From: a virus
Lineage: Duplodnaviria; Caudoviricetes
DNA length: 37,635 bases
Direction: 5' to 3' (one strand)
IMG/VR virus record: IMGVR_UViG_3300026266_000007
Span: 1 to 37,635 of that record
Both the position numbers and the translations under genes were made by a program. The notes under the pieces are model-generated. The model was not told the origin of the DNA, made no database searches, and worked only from the letters and a program-made list of their open reading frames with translations. Every line of letters begins with the position of its first letter. Position 1 is the first letter of the stretch. Positions 1 through 8,817 of the stretch are shown one piece after another.

Positions 1-230
1 TTAAGACCAAAAGTTTCACGGACGCTTTTGATGCCGCAACGCTCAAGAGCTTCACGCACTTCCCAATCGTAAGAGCCTTTGACTGACTTACGGCCACCAA
101 CGTGACGGATCATCCGTGCAGCTTCACCGGTAGTCATGCCGGTGATGCAACTGATTGCTGACGGGCCACAGTAGCGGTTACGGTCACCCCGTGGGCCTTG
201 GTTAACTGATTTGATTTTAAGATTTGCCAT
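1..230 (-). CDS. Partial hypothetical protein, possible papain-fold/C39-like peptidase (runs off window start)
   Basis: Read by eye, not in the ORF track: MANLKIKSVNQGPRGDRNRYCGPSAISCITGMTTGEAARMIRHVGGRKSVKGSYDWEVREALERCG...; RBS GAGGGAG; CGPSA resembles the C39 catalytic-Cys motif. Confidence 0.7.
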   Translation of the reverse strand, partial: MANLKIKSVNQGPRGDRNRYCGPSAISCITGMTTGEAARMIRHVGGRKSVKGSYDWEVREALERCGIKSVRETFGL

Positions 231-231
231 C

Positions 232-612
232 TTATTTCTCCCTCACAAGGAACCCGTCCGAAGTCATGGCTCCTGATTTTTTTAAACCCAACGCTTGTTC
301 TTTAAGACCAAGTTTGAGCATTTCCTCAGCTTCTGATTTTTGACCAGATACTAATTTATTTAAAGCCCAACTGACCCAGCTATATGCATCAGTTGTTAGT
401 AGCCCAGAAGTAACCTCCGGCTCTACTGTCGTAGTTACTTCCGGCGCAGTTACTTGTGGGCCAGCGGAACCGACTTTATTGGCGCACAGCCAGTTAATCA
501 GATCCTGCTTAGATGTAGGAACCTCAACCTCTACCCAGTTTCTTGGAGCGCCCCGTTGGGCGTCCCTCTGTGTTCCAAACCACTGACCGTTGCTGCTTTT
601 GTATAAACGCAT
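232..612 (-). CDS. Hypothetical protein (126 aa)
   Basis: GGAGG RBS; TAATG coupling to the upstream ORF; abuts the next gene. Confidence 0.8.
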   Translation of the reverse strand: MRLYKSSNGQWFGTQRDAQRGAPRNWVEVEVPTSKQDLINWLCANKVGSAGPQVTAPEVTTTVEPEVTSGLLTTDAYSWVSWALNKLVSGQKSEAEEMLKLGLKEQALGLKKSGAMTSDGFLVREK

Positions 613-782
613 TACACCTCCTCCGCTTCAGTCACTGTTAGGTGAATAGTGTTAGGCCAGTTGTCTTCTCCATCTCTGTTACCACCATCGAAGCCCAAGT
701 CAGCGCAAATTTCTTGCCATAGAAACGGATGCAAAGGATTGTTAATATCTTCCCTCGCTAATGTTATACTTTTTACTTGCAT
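612..782 (-). CDS. Small hypothetical protein (56 aa, MQVKSITLAREDINNPLHPFLWQEIC...EAEEV)
   Basis: Read by eye; AAGGA RBS; stop overlaps next start (TAATG); first gene after a predicted promoter. Confidence 0.75.
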   Translation of the reverse strand: MQVKSITLAREDINNPLHPFLWQEICADLGFDGGNRDGEDNWPNTIHLTVTEAEEV

Positions 783-816
783 TTCAAAATCCTTAAAAAA
801 ATTAACTTATACTATT

Positions 817-844
817 AATATAGTTATTATTTTGTTAACGTCAA
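817..844 (-). promoter_or_regulatory. Sigma70-like promoter TTGACG-N16-TATATT overlapped by a GTTAAC-N5-AATAAC box (823-839)
   Basis: Consensus match in an AT-rich intergenic region upstream of the leftward operon. Confidence 0.6.
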
Positions 845-926
845 GTGAACAGGTTAAAATAATGCATTAAATTGCAAAAAAAGTTTTTAATAAAATCAAT
901 AACTTACAATTTTTTTGAAATTTTTT

Positions 927-1274
927 TTAATCTTTTTTCATTTTTTCTTCGTAATGTAAGATACGGTGACAGTTTGCACACAGTTTCTGGCACTTTTCAG
1001 CCTCCTCATACGCACGCTTCCATTGCTTATGAGAAACGTAGTGGCTGACTTTTGTATCGCCTTTTGATTTTGGGTGATGGAAGTCGATAGCAGCCGGATG
1101 AGAAAAGCCACATTTTTCACATTTTAGTGTTGACTTAAATTCCCACCATTTTTCTCTATGTCGTTGAACATTTTTTTTAGTGCTCTCTATGACCTTCTCC
1201 CTGTTTTTGAGATACCAGTTCATGCCGTAAGACTTGTTATATGACTTACGCCGTTCTTTACTTTTATACGGCAT
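927..1274 (-). CDS. HNH endonuclease
   Basis: CEKC...IDFHH...LCANCHRILH zinc-binding HNH signature; AGGAG RBS. Confidence 0.9.
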   Translation of the reverse strand: MPYKSKERRKSYNKSYGMNWYLKNREKVIESTKKNVQRHREKWWEFKSTLKCEKCGFSHPAAIDFHHPKSKGDTKVSHYVSHKQWKRAYEEAEKCQKLCANCHRILHYEEKMKKD

Positions 1275-1319
1275 TTTTATCTCCTGCTCGTTTTGTACTG
1301 TAACTTACAAAATCTAAAA

Positions 1320-1348
1320 TTGAAAACTTGCGCCAAAAATGAGACAAT
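1320..1348 (+). promoter_or_regulatory. Putative sigma70-like promoter TTGAAA-N17-GACAAT
   Basis: Predicted start (~1355) coincides with the first base of a hairpin series. Confidence 0.5.
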
Positions 1349-1354
1349 AGGTTA

Positions 1355-1436
1355 GCGGTTTTTTTACTTTTACCGCGAGAGCTTTTTCCTCAGCTCCCCC
1401 GTGCGTAGCCCTCCCCTCACGCACGGGGTTCCTTTT
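1355..1436 (+). ncRNA. Candidate small RNA 1: three tandem hairpins with pyrimidine-rich loops, the last terminator-like
   Basis: GCGGT/ACCGC (1355-1376), GAGCT/AGCTC (1379-1396), CCCCGTGCGT/ACGCACGGGG (1397-1428), then TTCCTTTT. Confidence 0.55.
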
Positions 1437-1482
1437 ATATTAAAATACTGTATTATGGGGCAAACTTATTTGGAGGATCATT

Positions 1483-1593
1483 ATGCCTAAAGTCGGCGGT
1501 AAGCATTACTCTTATTCTAAAAAAGGCATGGCAGCGGCAAAGAAAGCTGCTAAGAAAAAAGGTAAGAAAATGACTTACAAGAAGAGGCGTTAA
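1483..1593 (+). CDS. Small Lys-rich basic protein (36 aa, MPKVGGKHYSYSKKGMAAAKKAAKKKGKKMTYKKRR)
   Basis: Read by eye; GGAGG RBS; stop abuts the next ATG. Confidence 0.85.
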   Translation: MPKVGGKHYSYSKKGMAAAKKAAKKKGKKMTYKKRR

Positions 1594-2724
1594 ATGGTTA
1601 GTCTTTTAGACGATATAATACGTTTTACTATGAAGGGCTCTAACTATTTTAAAAAGCCCAGATTAGACACTAGCAGATTAAAAGACCCAGCTCTTTATTC
1701 TGGGTTTTCTATAAATAAGCATAGGACTGCTCCGTTTAATTATAATGTTGAAGGCGAATTACTTGGTAATTTAATAAAACCTAAAAATGTTAGCCCTTCT
1801 GACTTACAGGGTAAAACAATGTATTTTGCCACTGGAGATAGAACTTCTAACGATAGATTAATAAAAGAAATAAATGATAGTTTATTAGAAAATCCTGTAA
1901 GAACTTACGGCGGCCCTGAATATATGGATCAAATAAAAAGAGGTTCTTGGGCCTCTGAGCCTACAGCAATGAGATCTAAAGCGAATGCATTTAAAGAAGC
2001 CGCTGCTAGAGGCGAAGACGTTGTATTAAGTTATATGCCTATGGGTGAAAGATCAGGAGATTTTTCTAAACATATGGCAGAAGTTTATGGAGAAATGTTA
2101 AAGTCTAGTCCTGTAGGATCTAACAGCTTTCCATTAATAGACGAAGCTATTGCTAATAAATTTCCTAAAATAAAAGATATACCAAGTTTTAAAAATAAAA
2201 CAAAATTTGCTGAATGGTTGTCTAATCAAAAAGGCGGCAGACGTGCAGCTTTTATAAAATTTTTTGATAGCAGCCTAATGCAAGATTTAGGTTTACCTGA
2301 TGTTGGCGCCGCACGCTTTGCAGTTACTAACCCAGATCTAGTAAACTCAAAAGCTCTTAGTGTTGGTTACAGGATGAGCCAGCCAGATCTTTTGTCAGGT
2401 ATGATTAAAAGTTCTGACCACCCATCCTACGGTGCTTTTGTTCCTAAAAGAGAAGGCACTGGTAGTATGACTTTTGAAGGTCAATTACCATTTATTATAG
2501 GTGCAAGAGATACAGCTTTACCTAAAATTGCAGCCGGCAAAATGGATGCTTTACCAAAAGATATAAAATCTTATATGGGTAACCCAAGGTTAAACCAGAA
2601 TATAGATCAACAATTTGTAGACGAAGCATCTACCTATTTTGATAAATTAAAGAACGAAGGTGCAGATCGAGCTGAAGCTTATACGTTTGATTTGTTAGAA
2701 AGTTACCTTAGAGGTCTTCAATAG
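1594..2724 (+). CDS. Hypothetical protein (376 aa), possibly virion-associated
   Basis: Long ORF upstream of the portal; no motif confidently recognised. Confidence 0.75.
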   Translation: MVSLLDDIIRFTMKGSNYFKKPRLDTSRLKDPALYSGFSINKHRTAPFNYNVEGELLGNLIKPKNVSPSDLQGKTMYFATGDRTSNDRLIKEINDSLLENPVRTYGGPEYMDQIKRGSWASEPTAMRSKANAFKEAAARGEDVVLSYMPMGERSGDFSKHMAEVYGEMLKSSPVGSNSFPLIDEAIANKFPKIKDIPSFKNKTKFAEWLSNQKGGRRAAFIKFFDSSLMQDLGLPDVGAARFAVTNPDLVNSKALSVGYRMSQPDLLSGMIKSSDHPSYGAFVPKREGTGSMTFEGQLPFIIGARDTALPKIAAGKMDALPKDIKSYMGNPRLNQNIDQQFVDEASTYFDKLKNEGADRAEAYTFDLLESYLRGLQ

Positions 2725-2851
2725 TGTCTTTTATTAATTCCATAATATCGTTTATTGCTTCCTCAGCTTCTTTGGGTAAGTCTTCTTTATTAGGCCAAGT
2801 CAAATATGCTAAAGCAGTAATTTCGTTTCTTATTGTTTCTAGTTCTTCCAT
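2708..2851 (-). CDS. Small acidic hypothetical protein (47 aa, MEELETIRNEITALAYLTWP...)
   Basis: AAGGAGAGAG RBS just before the ATG at 2851; own upstream box; convergent with 1594-2724. Confidence 0.65.
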   Translation of the reverse strand: MEELETIRNEITALAYLTWPNKEDLPKEAEEAINDIMELIKDTIEDL

Positions 2852-2864
2852 TTTTCTCTCTCCT

Positions 2865-2881
2865 TTTAACAAGGTGTTAAC
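2865..2881. promoter_or_regulatory. TTTAAC-N5-GTTAAC box (TTAA-N7-TTAAC, CtrA-like)
   Basis: Perfect TTAA-N7-TTAAC between divergent genes 2851(-) and 2908(+). Confidence 0.6.
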
Positions 2882-2907
2882 ATATAAATTTAGCAAGGTA
2901 AAGTATA

Positions 2908-4104
2908 ATGGCTAAATTACCTCAAAACAAACCTATGTTCGGACCATCTTATGCAAATATTTTAGAAGCTGCAAAAGAGGATGATTTACAGGCTAAATCT
3001 TTATTAGATGAAGTGATAGAATCTTCTCATAGAGCACGAGAAATATCTTCTGGCTCAGCTATAAGACCTAGAGATACTACTTTTGCAGAAAATATGACTG
3101 ATCTACTTACGCCTTACATTGGTAAAGATATATCAAAAAGATTATTTGGTAATGCAAGGACGGGAAGTGGAACCGGTGCTTTTGGGGGACCTAAGTCGGG
3201 CATTTTAAATTATCTTGATAACGCCGGATTAGCTAACATCCTACCCGTAAGCGCTGGCATAATGTCAGGCGGTCAGGCCGTCAAAGATTTTATAGCTGGC
3301 AACTATAGAGGCGCAGCATTAAATACAGCCTTTGCTGGTTTAGATCTTGGATTAAGTGGGCTTGGATTAAAACAAGCTTTAAAAACGTCTGCAAGACCTG
3401 CTAAGTCATTGAAATCCCAGGGAAAAATACCCAATTATGAGGATGCAGCTCATTACATGAGGGTAAATGAAATGAAGGGTAATATGCTCAGGCCGCCATC
3501 AGCAACAAATCCAGAATATATACCAAGTCGCTTTGATCGTTTAGGAGTTCACGTAGGAACGCCTCAACAGGCATCAGATAGGTATAGATTTGGCGGTAAT
3601 GAAGGTCAGGGTCAGACATTTCCTTTAAAAATTAGAACTGAAAAACCATTTGAAATTAAAGATTTTGAAGAGTTTGGAATTAAACCAGATATAAGACCTC
3701 ATATGGTAGAAACTATAGATGGAAAAAAAGTTTTAAATGAAGACGGCGTTAGAGAGGCTATGAACGCATACGCTGATGCAAAAAATGTAAGTTTAGAAGA
3801 TGGTGTAGATTTATTTAGAAAAGAATTAACCGATAAAGGTTATACCAATATCCCCTATATTAATCTTATAGAGGGTAATGTTAATAAAAGACCGGTCAAC
3901 GTAGATGGACATTTTAAATTCTTGGCTGACGATGAATATTCTTTTACAAAAGAAAACATAAGCAACATTATGTTAGTTGACAGAACTGCTAACGATCCGG
4001 CGGTAATTAAAAGCCGATTTGCAAAATTAAAAAATATATATGACCCAAATATAATGGCTGGCATTGCCGGCATGGGTTTGTTATCCCAGTTGGAAGGTGA
4101 GTAG
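2908..4104 (+). CDS. Putative virion protein with C-terminal ART-PolyVal-like ADP-ribosyltransferase domain
   Basis: GVHVGTPQQASDR...TFPLKIRTEKPF...KGYTNIPYINLIEG...VIKSRFAK follows the ART-PolyVal motif order; Gly/Ala/Leu-rich N-terminal half. Confidence 0.6.
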   Translation: MAKLPQNKPMFGPSYANILEAAKEDDLQAKSLLDEVIESSHRAREISSGSAIRPRDTTFAENMTDLLTPYIGKDISKRLFGNARTGSGTGAFGGPKSGILNYLDNAGLANILPVSAGIMSGGQAVKDFIAGNYRGAALNTAFAGLDLGLSGLGLKQALKTSARPAKSLKSQGKIPNYEDAAHYMRVNEMKGNMLRPPSATNPEYIPSRFDRLGVHVGTPQQASDRYRFGGNEGQGQTFPLKIRTEKPFEIKDFEEFGIKPDIRPHMVETIDGKKVLNEDGVREAMNAYADAKNVSLEDGVDLFRKELTDKGYTNIPYINLIEGNVNKRPVNVDGHFKFLADDEYSFTKENISNIMLVDRTANDPAVIKSRFAKLKNIYDPNIMAGIAGMGLLSQLEGE

Positions 4105-4105
4105 C

Positions 4106-6232
4106 ATGGAAAACGAAATAAACGAATTAGCCCAAAGCCTCGAAGCTGAATTAAATCCTGAGGTAATGGACGACGACGAGCTCCAAGGCATTCTTGGTAA
4201 AGAGATAGACGACGCAATCGATTACTCAGATAACTGGGTATCTCCAATCAGAGCGTCTGCCACCGAGTATTATCAGGGTAAACCTTTTGGCAACGAAGAA
4301 GACGGGCGCAGCCAAGTTGTAAGTATGGATGTGAGGGATACCGTTCAGGCTATAATCCCATCCCTGATGCGTATTTTTAATTCTACTGAGAGGACAGTGG
4401 AGTACGCCCCTCAGGGCCCAGAAGACGTGGAGGCCGCAAAGCAGGCGACAGAGTACGCAAATTTTATTATTAACAGAGACAATAATGGCTTTGTGGAGCT
4501 ACACGCAGCTTTCAAAGATGCGTTAATACGTAAAGTCGGTGTTCTAAAATGCTATTGGGACGACAGGACAAAATACGAGACACATGATTTAAGTGGCTTA
4601 GATGATAACGCGCTAAACGCTCTTATGTCTGACCCAGCCGCTGATGTAGAAATAGTTGCATCTGAGCCTATGGGTGATCCCATAATGGACCAGATGACAG
4701 GCGAAATGATGCCGCCTCCCATGATGCACGCTGTTAGAGTTACTTACACGCACCCAGACGGACGTGTGAAATTAGAAGCTGTGCCATGTGAAGAGTTTCT
4801 CATTTCTCGTGAGGCAAAGTCTATTGAGCAAAGTGACTATGTGGCACACCGGCGTATCGTCACAGTTTCTGAGCTTGTGTCTATGGGTTATGACTTCGAC
4901 GAGGTTTCATCATTAGCGTCAGCTCACGACGACATGAATACAAACGTCGAGAGAACCACACGTAACCCAGCCTTAGCTAATGAAATGAATGAGCGTGACG
5001 ACGACGCAATGAAAAAAGTTCTATATGTCGAAAATTACATAAAAGTAGATTACGACATGGACGGCATTGCAGAGCTTAGAAAGATATGCACAGCCGGCGA
5101 CGGCAATAAAATTTTAGCTAACGAGCCTTGCGGCATGGCCCCGTTTGCGTCGTTTTGCCCAGATCCAGAAGCCCACGACTTTTACGGTATGTCAATAGCC
5201 GACGCCGTCGCCGACGTCCAGCGCATTAAATCTAACATCATGCGTAACACGTTAGATAGCTTAGCTATGTCTATTCACCCACGGGTTGCCGTGACTGAAG
5301 GTATGGTAAATTTAGACGACGTCTTATCAACTGAGGTGGGCGCCATAATCAGGCAGAGAAGCGCCGGTCAGGTTCAACCGCTTTCTATGCCGTTTGTCGG
5401 CCAGCAAGCATTTCCAGTTTTACAATATATGGATGAAGTCAAAGAAGCTCGTACAGGCATATCTAAGGCATCTGCCGGATTAGATGCGTCAGCTCTACAG
5501 TCTTCTACGGCGGCAGCGGTAAATGCTACCGTTACGGCGGCGCAGCAACACATAGAAATGATTGCTAGAATTTTTGCCGAGACAGGTATGAAGCGCCTGT
5601 ACCAAATTGTTTTATACTTAATAACCACGCACCAAGACGCCCCTAGGATGGTTCGCCTTACAAACGAATTTGTGCCAATCGATCCTCGTGTATGGAACTC
5701 CAATATGGACGTATCTATAAACGTGGCTCTTGGGCGTGGCTCAGATAGTGAGCGCATGATGATGCTACGCCAGATTGGAGAAATGCAGAAGGAGGCAATG
5801 CAAACTATGGGCGCCGTCAACCCACTAACTGACATTAATAAACTATCTAACACTTTAAAATCTATGACTGAGTTAGCTGGTTTTAAAGATACGTCACAGT
5901 TCTGGAGTGACCCAGCCCAGTTTCAGCCACCGCCGCAAGAGGATAAGCCAGATATTAATGAGCAACTTATCGCGGTACAGATACAGCAAATACAGGCCGA
6001 CATACAAAAGAAAGTTGCTGAGCTACAATTAGAACGCGAGAAAATGATTATGGAAGATGATCGTAAACGCGACGAACTAGACGCAGAGCTGTTTGTAAAA
6101 GCTGAAGAAATGCAAGCTAAACACGGTACACAACTTAACGTCGAAAAGATTAGATCTGATTTAGCTATTAACAGAGAAGTTATGAAAGCTCAGGCCGACA
6201 TAGTTAAAGGTTCTATAGATGACGAAGAGTAA
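4106..6232 (+). CDS. Portal protein (P22/SU10-like, 708 aa)
   Basis: EYYQGKPFGNEEDGRSQVVSMDVRD, FKDALIRKVG, EARTGISK motifs; Gln-rich C-terminal barrel; start reassigned to ATG 4106. Confidence 0.95.
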   Translation: MENEINELAQSLEAELNPEVMDDDELQGILGKEIDDAIDYSDNWVSPIRASATEYYQGKPFGNEEDGRSQVVSMDVRDTVQAIIPSLMRIFNSTERTVEYAPQGPEDVEAAKQATEYANFIINRDNNGFVELHAAFKDALIRKVGVLKCYWDDRTKYETHDLSGLDDNALNALMSDPAADVEIVASEPMGDPIMDQMTGEMMPPPMMHAVRVTYTHPDGRVKLEAVPCEEFLISREAKSIEQSDYVAHRRIVTVSELVSMGYDFDEVSSLASAHDDMNTNVERTTRNPALANEMNERDDDAMKKVLYVENYIKVDYDMDGIAELRKICTAGDGNKILANEPCGMAPFASFCPDPEAHDFYGMSIADAVADVQRIKSNIMRNTLDSLAMSIHPRVAVTEGMVNLDDVLSTEVGAIIRQRSAGQVQPLSMPFVGQQAFPVLQYMDEVKEARTGISKASAGLDASALQSSTAAAVNATVTAAQQHIEMIARIFAETGMKRLYQIVLYLITTHQDAPRMVRLTNEFVPIDPRVWNSNMDVSINVALGRGSDSERMMMLRQIGEMQKEAMQTMGAVNPLTDINKLSNTLKSMTELAGFKDTSQFWSDPAQFQPPPQEDKPDINEQLIAVQIQQIQADIQKKVAELQLEREKMIMEDDRKRDELDAELFVKAEEMQAKHGTQLNVEKIRSDLAINREVMKAQADIVKGSIDDEE

Positions 6233-6464
6233 GCAACAAGTCATCGACGACGGCCGGTATGCTGAGCGTTTAATGGGCGACGTCGATTTTAATAGAATGC
6301 TAGACGAAATAAAAGGGGATTGCCACTTACAGTTTGAGTTAACTGACATTGGCGATAAGGATGGCCGCGAGGCTATTTATATGAAATTGCGTGGTGTTGA
6401 AGCCGTCAGGCAGGCACTGCGTGCAATGATTGATAACGCGAGTATTGAAATAAAATCAAAATAG
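6219..6464 (+). CDS. Small protein between portal and scaffold
   Basis: Overlaps portal end; REAIYMKLRGV helix typical of this gene position. Confidence 0.8.
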   Translation: MTKSKQQVIDDGRYAERLMGDVDFNRMLDEIKGDCHLQFELTDIGDKDGREAIYMKLRGVEAVRQALRAMIDNASIEIKSK

Positions 6465-6486
6465 TCGCATAATAGGAGATAATTTG

Positions 6487-7503
6487 ATGTCAGAAGTCAA
6501 CAACCCACAAGGGAATGATCTGCAATCAGCACAAAATGCAATTAGGCAACTACTTACGCCCGAAGAGGATAACGTAACGGAGCCGAACGCGCTTGAGGCC
6601 GAAGAGACACAAGAAGAAGTTGTCGAAGAAGCCGAAATGCCTGAAGAGGAAGTTTCTCTAGAAGAAGCTGAACCGGAGGGCGAACTTGAAGTCGAAGAGG
6701 AAGCTGAAGAACTCGAAGACCAATCTTTTGACATACTTGCACATACTGTGGAGGTAGACGGTGAAGAGATTACAGTTGAAGAGCTCCGACGTGGAAACCT
6801 GAGACAGAAAGATTACACACGTAAGACGCAAGAGTTAGCTGACGCAAAACGTAGTATGCAAGCTCAATTCGAAGAAGTCGAACGTGAACGTGCTCAGTAT
6901 GCTCAACTACTTCCAGCTTTGGAAGAACGGTTGAACCTACCAGCGGAACAGGAGCCGGATTGGGATAAACTGTACGACACAGACCCCGTGATGGCAGCGA
7001 AAGCAGAGCGTCAATGGAATAAGCAGAAGGAAGAACGTAAAGGTCAACTGGATGCTGTACGCCAAGAGCAAGAGAGAATGGGTAAAATTAACGAAGAGAG
7101 GAACGCGCAAATGCACGCTCGATACGTTGATGAACAAAGACAGATCTTGCCTGACCTCATACCTGAATGGCGCGATACTAAAGTCGCCAAGAAGGAAGCT
7201 ACAGAGTTACGTGATTTTCTCATAAACGAAGGTTTTACTGAGGAAGACGTAAGTGGACTAGCAAATGCTTCGCTCGTGAAGTTGGCTCGAAAAGCCATGT
7301 TATATGATCGAGGACAAACTCGTGCAACTAAGGCAAAGACTAAGCCTAAGCCGAAGTCCAAGACACTAAAAACTGGATCTCGAAACTCACAGCCAAAACC
7401 GAAAGCGGCACACACACAAGCGCTTCAGCGCGTAAAACAAACTGGCCGTGTGCAAGACGCAGCGGCTGCAATTAACACGTTACTAAGTAATAGGAGGCCA
7501 TAA
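6487..7503 (+). CDS. Capsid scaffolding protein
   Basis: Acidic N-terminus, VDGEEITVEELRRG..QKDYTRKTQELA, coiled coil, C-terminal TGRVQDAAAAI; AGGAG RBS. Confidence 0.9.
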   Translation: MSEVNNPQGNDLQSAQNAIRQLLTPEEDNVTEPNALEAEETQEEVVEEAEMPEEEVSLEEAEPEGELEVEEEAEELEDQSFDILAHTVEVDGEEITVEELRRGNLRQKDYTRKTQELADAKRSMQAQFEEVERERAQYAQLLPALEERLNLPAEQEPDWDKLYDTDPVMAAKAERQWNKQKEERKGQLDAVRQEQERMGKINEERNAQMHARYVDEQRQILPDLIPEWRDTKVAKKEATELRDFLINEGFTEEDVSGLANASLVKLARKAMLYDRGQTRATKAKTKPKPKSKTLKTGSRNSQPKPKAAHTQALQRVKQTGRVQDAAAAINTLLSNRRP

Positions 7504-8462
7504 TGGCTATTGTAGCAAACACATTTACGGGCTATTCGGCTGTAGGTATTCGTGAAGAATTATCTAATATAATTCAGAATATTTCGCCAGAAACTACGCC
7601 CTTCATTTCTAACGTTGGTTCAGAAAATGTGACCAACACCTACTTCGAGTGGCAGGAAGACTCGCTTGCCGCTGTTTCGACTACGGCGCAGATTGACGGT
7701 GATGATGTAGCATCATTTGCCGCTACAGCCGCGACTACTAGAAAAGGTAACTATACCCAAATTCTACGTAGAACCACAATCATTGCAGACAACCTTGCAG
7801 ACCAAGATACTGCTGGCCGCACCAATGAATTAAGTTACCAATTAGCTAAGCGGGGCAAGGAAATTCGTAGGGATTTAGAGGCAACAATGCTTCTAAATAA
7901 TGCCGCAGTTGCAGGGAACGCATCTACTGCCAGAGAAACTGGTGGCTTAGGCGCTTGGATTGCAACTAACGAGAATAAGGGCACAGGTGGCGGTTTAACA
8001 ACCGGTGACGGTACAACAGCTCGTACAGATGCAAGTGCCGGTAATATGAGGGCATTCACAGAAACCATTTTGAAGGATGCCATGCAGCAAGCATTCGTAT
8101 CCGGTGGTGAGCCTTCAATGCTAATGGTTGGTCCGGTTAATAAGCAAAAAGTATCAGCTTTTGCCGGTGTTGCAGCGCAACGTTACCAAGCTCCATCTGA
8201 TAGCCCAACCACCATTATAGGGGCCGCTGACGTCTATTTATCCGATTTCGGAACTTTGTCTGTGATCCCTAACAGGTTCCAGCGTGAGCGTGACGGATGG
8301 TTACTAGACCCAGAATATGCGTCAGTAGCTTACCTACGTCCGATCCAACAGGTTGAGCTTGCGAAAACTGGTGACGCTGAGAAGTCAATGATCTTGGTGG
8401 AAGCTGGTTTGAAAGTTTCAAACGAAGCTGCACACGCAATCTGTGCAGACTTAACTTCATAA
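7503..8462 (+). CDS. Major capsid protein (SU10/DUF5309-like)
   Basis: REELSNIIQNISPETTPF, FEWQEDSL, YLSDFG, LAKTGDAEK motifs; AGGAGG RBS. Confidence 0.95.
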   Translation: MAIVANTFTGYSAVGIREELSNIIQNISPETTPFISNVGSENVTNTYFEWQEDSLAAVSTTAQIDGDDVASFAATAATTRKGNYTQILRRTTIIADNLADQDTAGRTNELSYQLAKRGKEIRRDLEATMLLNNAAVAGNASTARETGGLGAWIATNENKGTGGGLTTGDGTTARTDASAGNMRAFTETILKDAMQQAFVSGGEPSMLMVGPVNKQKVSAFAGVAAQRYQAPSDSPTTIIGAADVYLSDFGTLSVIPNRFQRERDGWLLDPEYASVAYLRPIQQVELAKTGDAEKSMILVEAGLKVSNEAAHAICADLTS

Positions 8463-8470
8463 TAATAGTC

Positions 8471-8495
8471 AGGGCGGCGCAAGTCGCCCTACTTT
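8471..8495 (+). terminator. GC hairpin after the capsid gene (weak terminator or mRNA stabiliser)
   Basis: AGGGCGGC-GCAA-GTCGCCCT with GNRA loop, followed by ACTTT. Confidence 0.65.
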
Positions 8496-8511
8496 AACTC
8501 AGGGGAAACCA

Positions 8512-8817
8512 ATGGGTCAGAAACGTTTATTTGATAAAGATCCTATGATGGGAACGTCTACCTACTGGCACGTTACAGATAAGGGCGAATATATGCTGGA
8601 AACGGTTCAAGACGTTACGGCAATAGCTGATAGAAATAAAAAAGAATACAACCAATCACCTAATAAATATGGGGATGTAAATAAGGTAGCATCTATTCCA
8701 CTTTCCGTGTATTATGAATTAAAGCGTCAGGGCATCGTCGATGATCCTAAGGCTTTACGTAAGTGGTTAAATGATGGCGATAATAGAGTTTTTAGAACAA
8801 GGGCAGGCACACTGTGA
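8512..8817 (+). CDS. Hypothetical head-associated protein
   Basis: VASIP...KWLND.DNRVFRT pattern typical of the post-capsid gene. Confidence 0.8.
   Translation: MGQKRLFDKDPMMGTSTYWHVTDKGEYMLETVQDVTAIADRNKKEYNQSPNKYGDVNKVASIPLSVYYELKRQGIVDDPKALRKWLNDGDNRVFRTRAGTL

Noticed and set aside
649-870. 73-aa plus-strand ORF
   Set aside because: Overlaps a better-supported minus-strand gene (612-782) and its promoter
1355-1436. tRNA or tRNA fragment
   Set aside because: No acceptor stem, T-loop (GTTCRA) or D-loop consensus
4064-4105. Extended portal start (similar extensions at 28914, 29366, 30081, 30256, 30692, 32187, 34391, 34754)
   Set aside because: Downstream ATGs have proper RBSs or translational coupling
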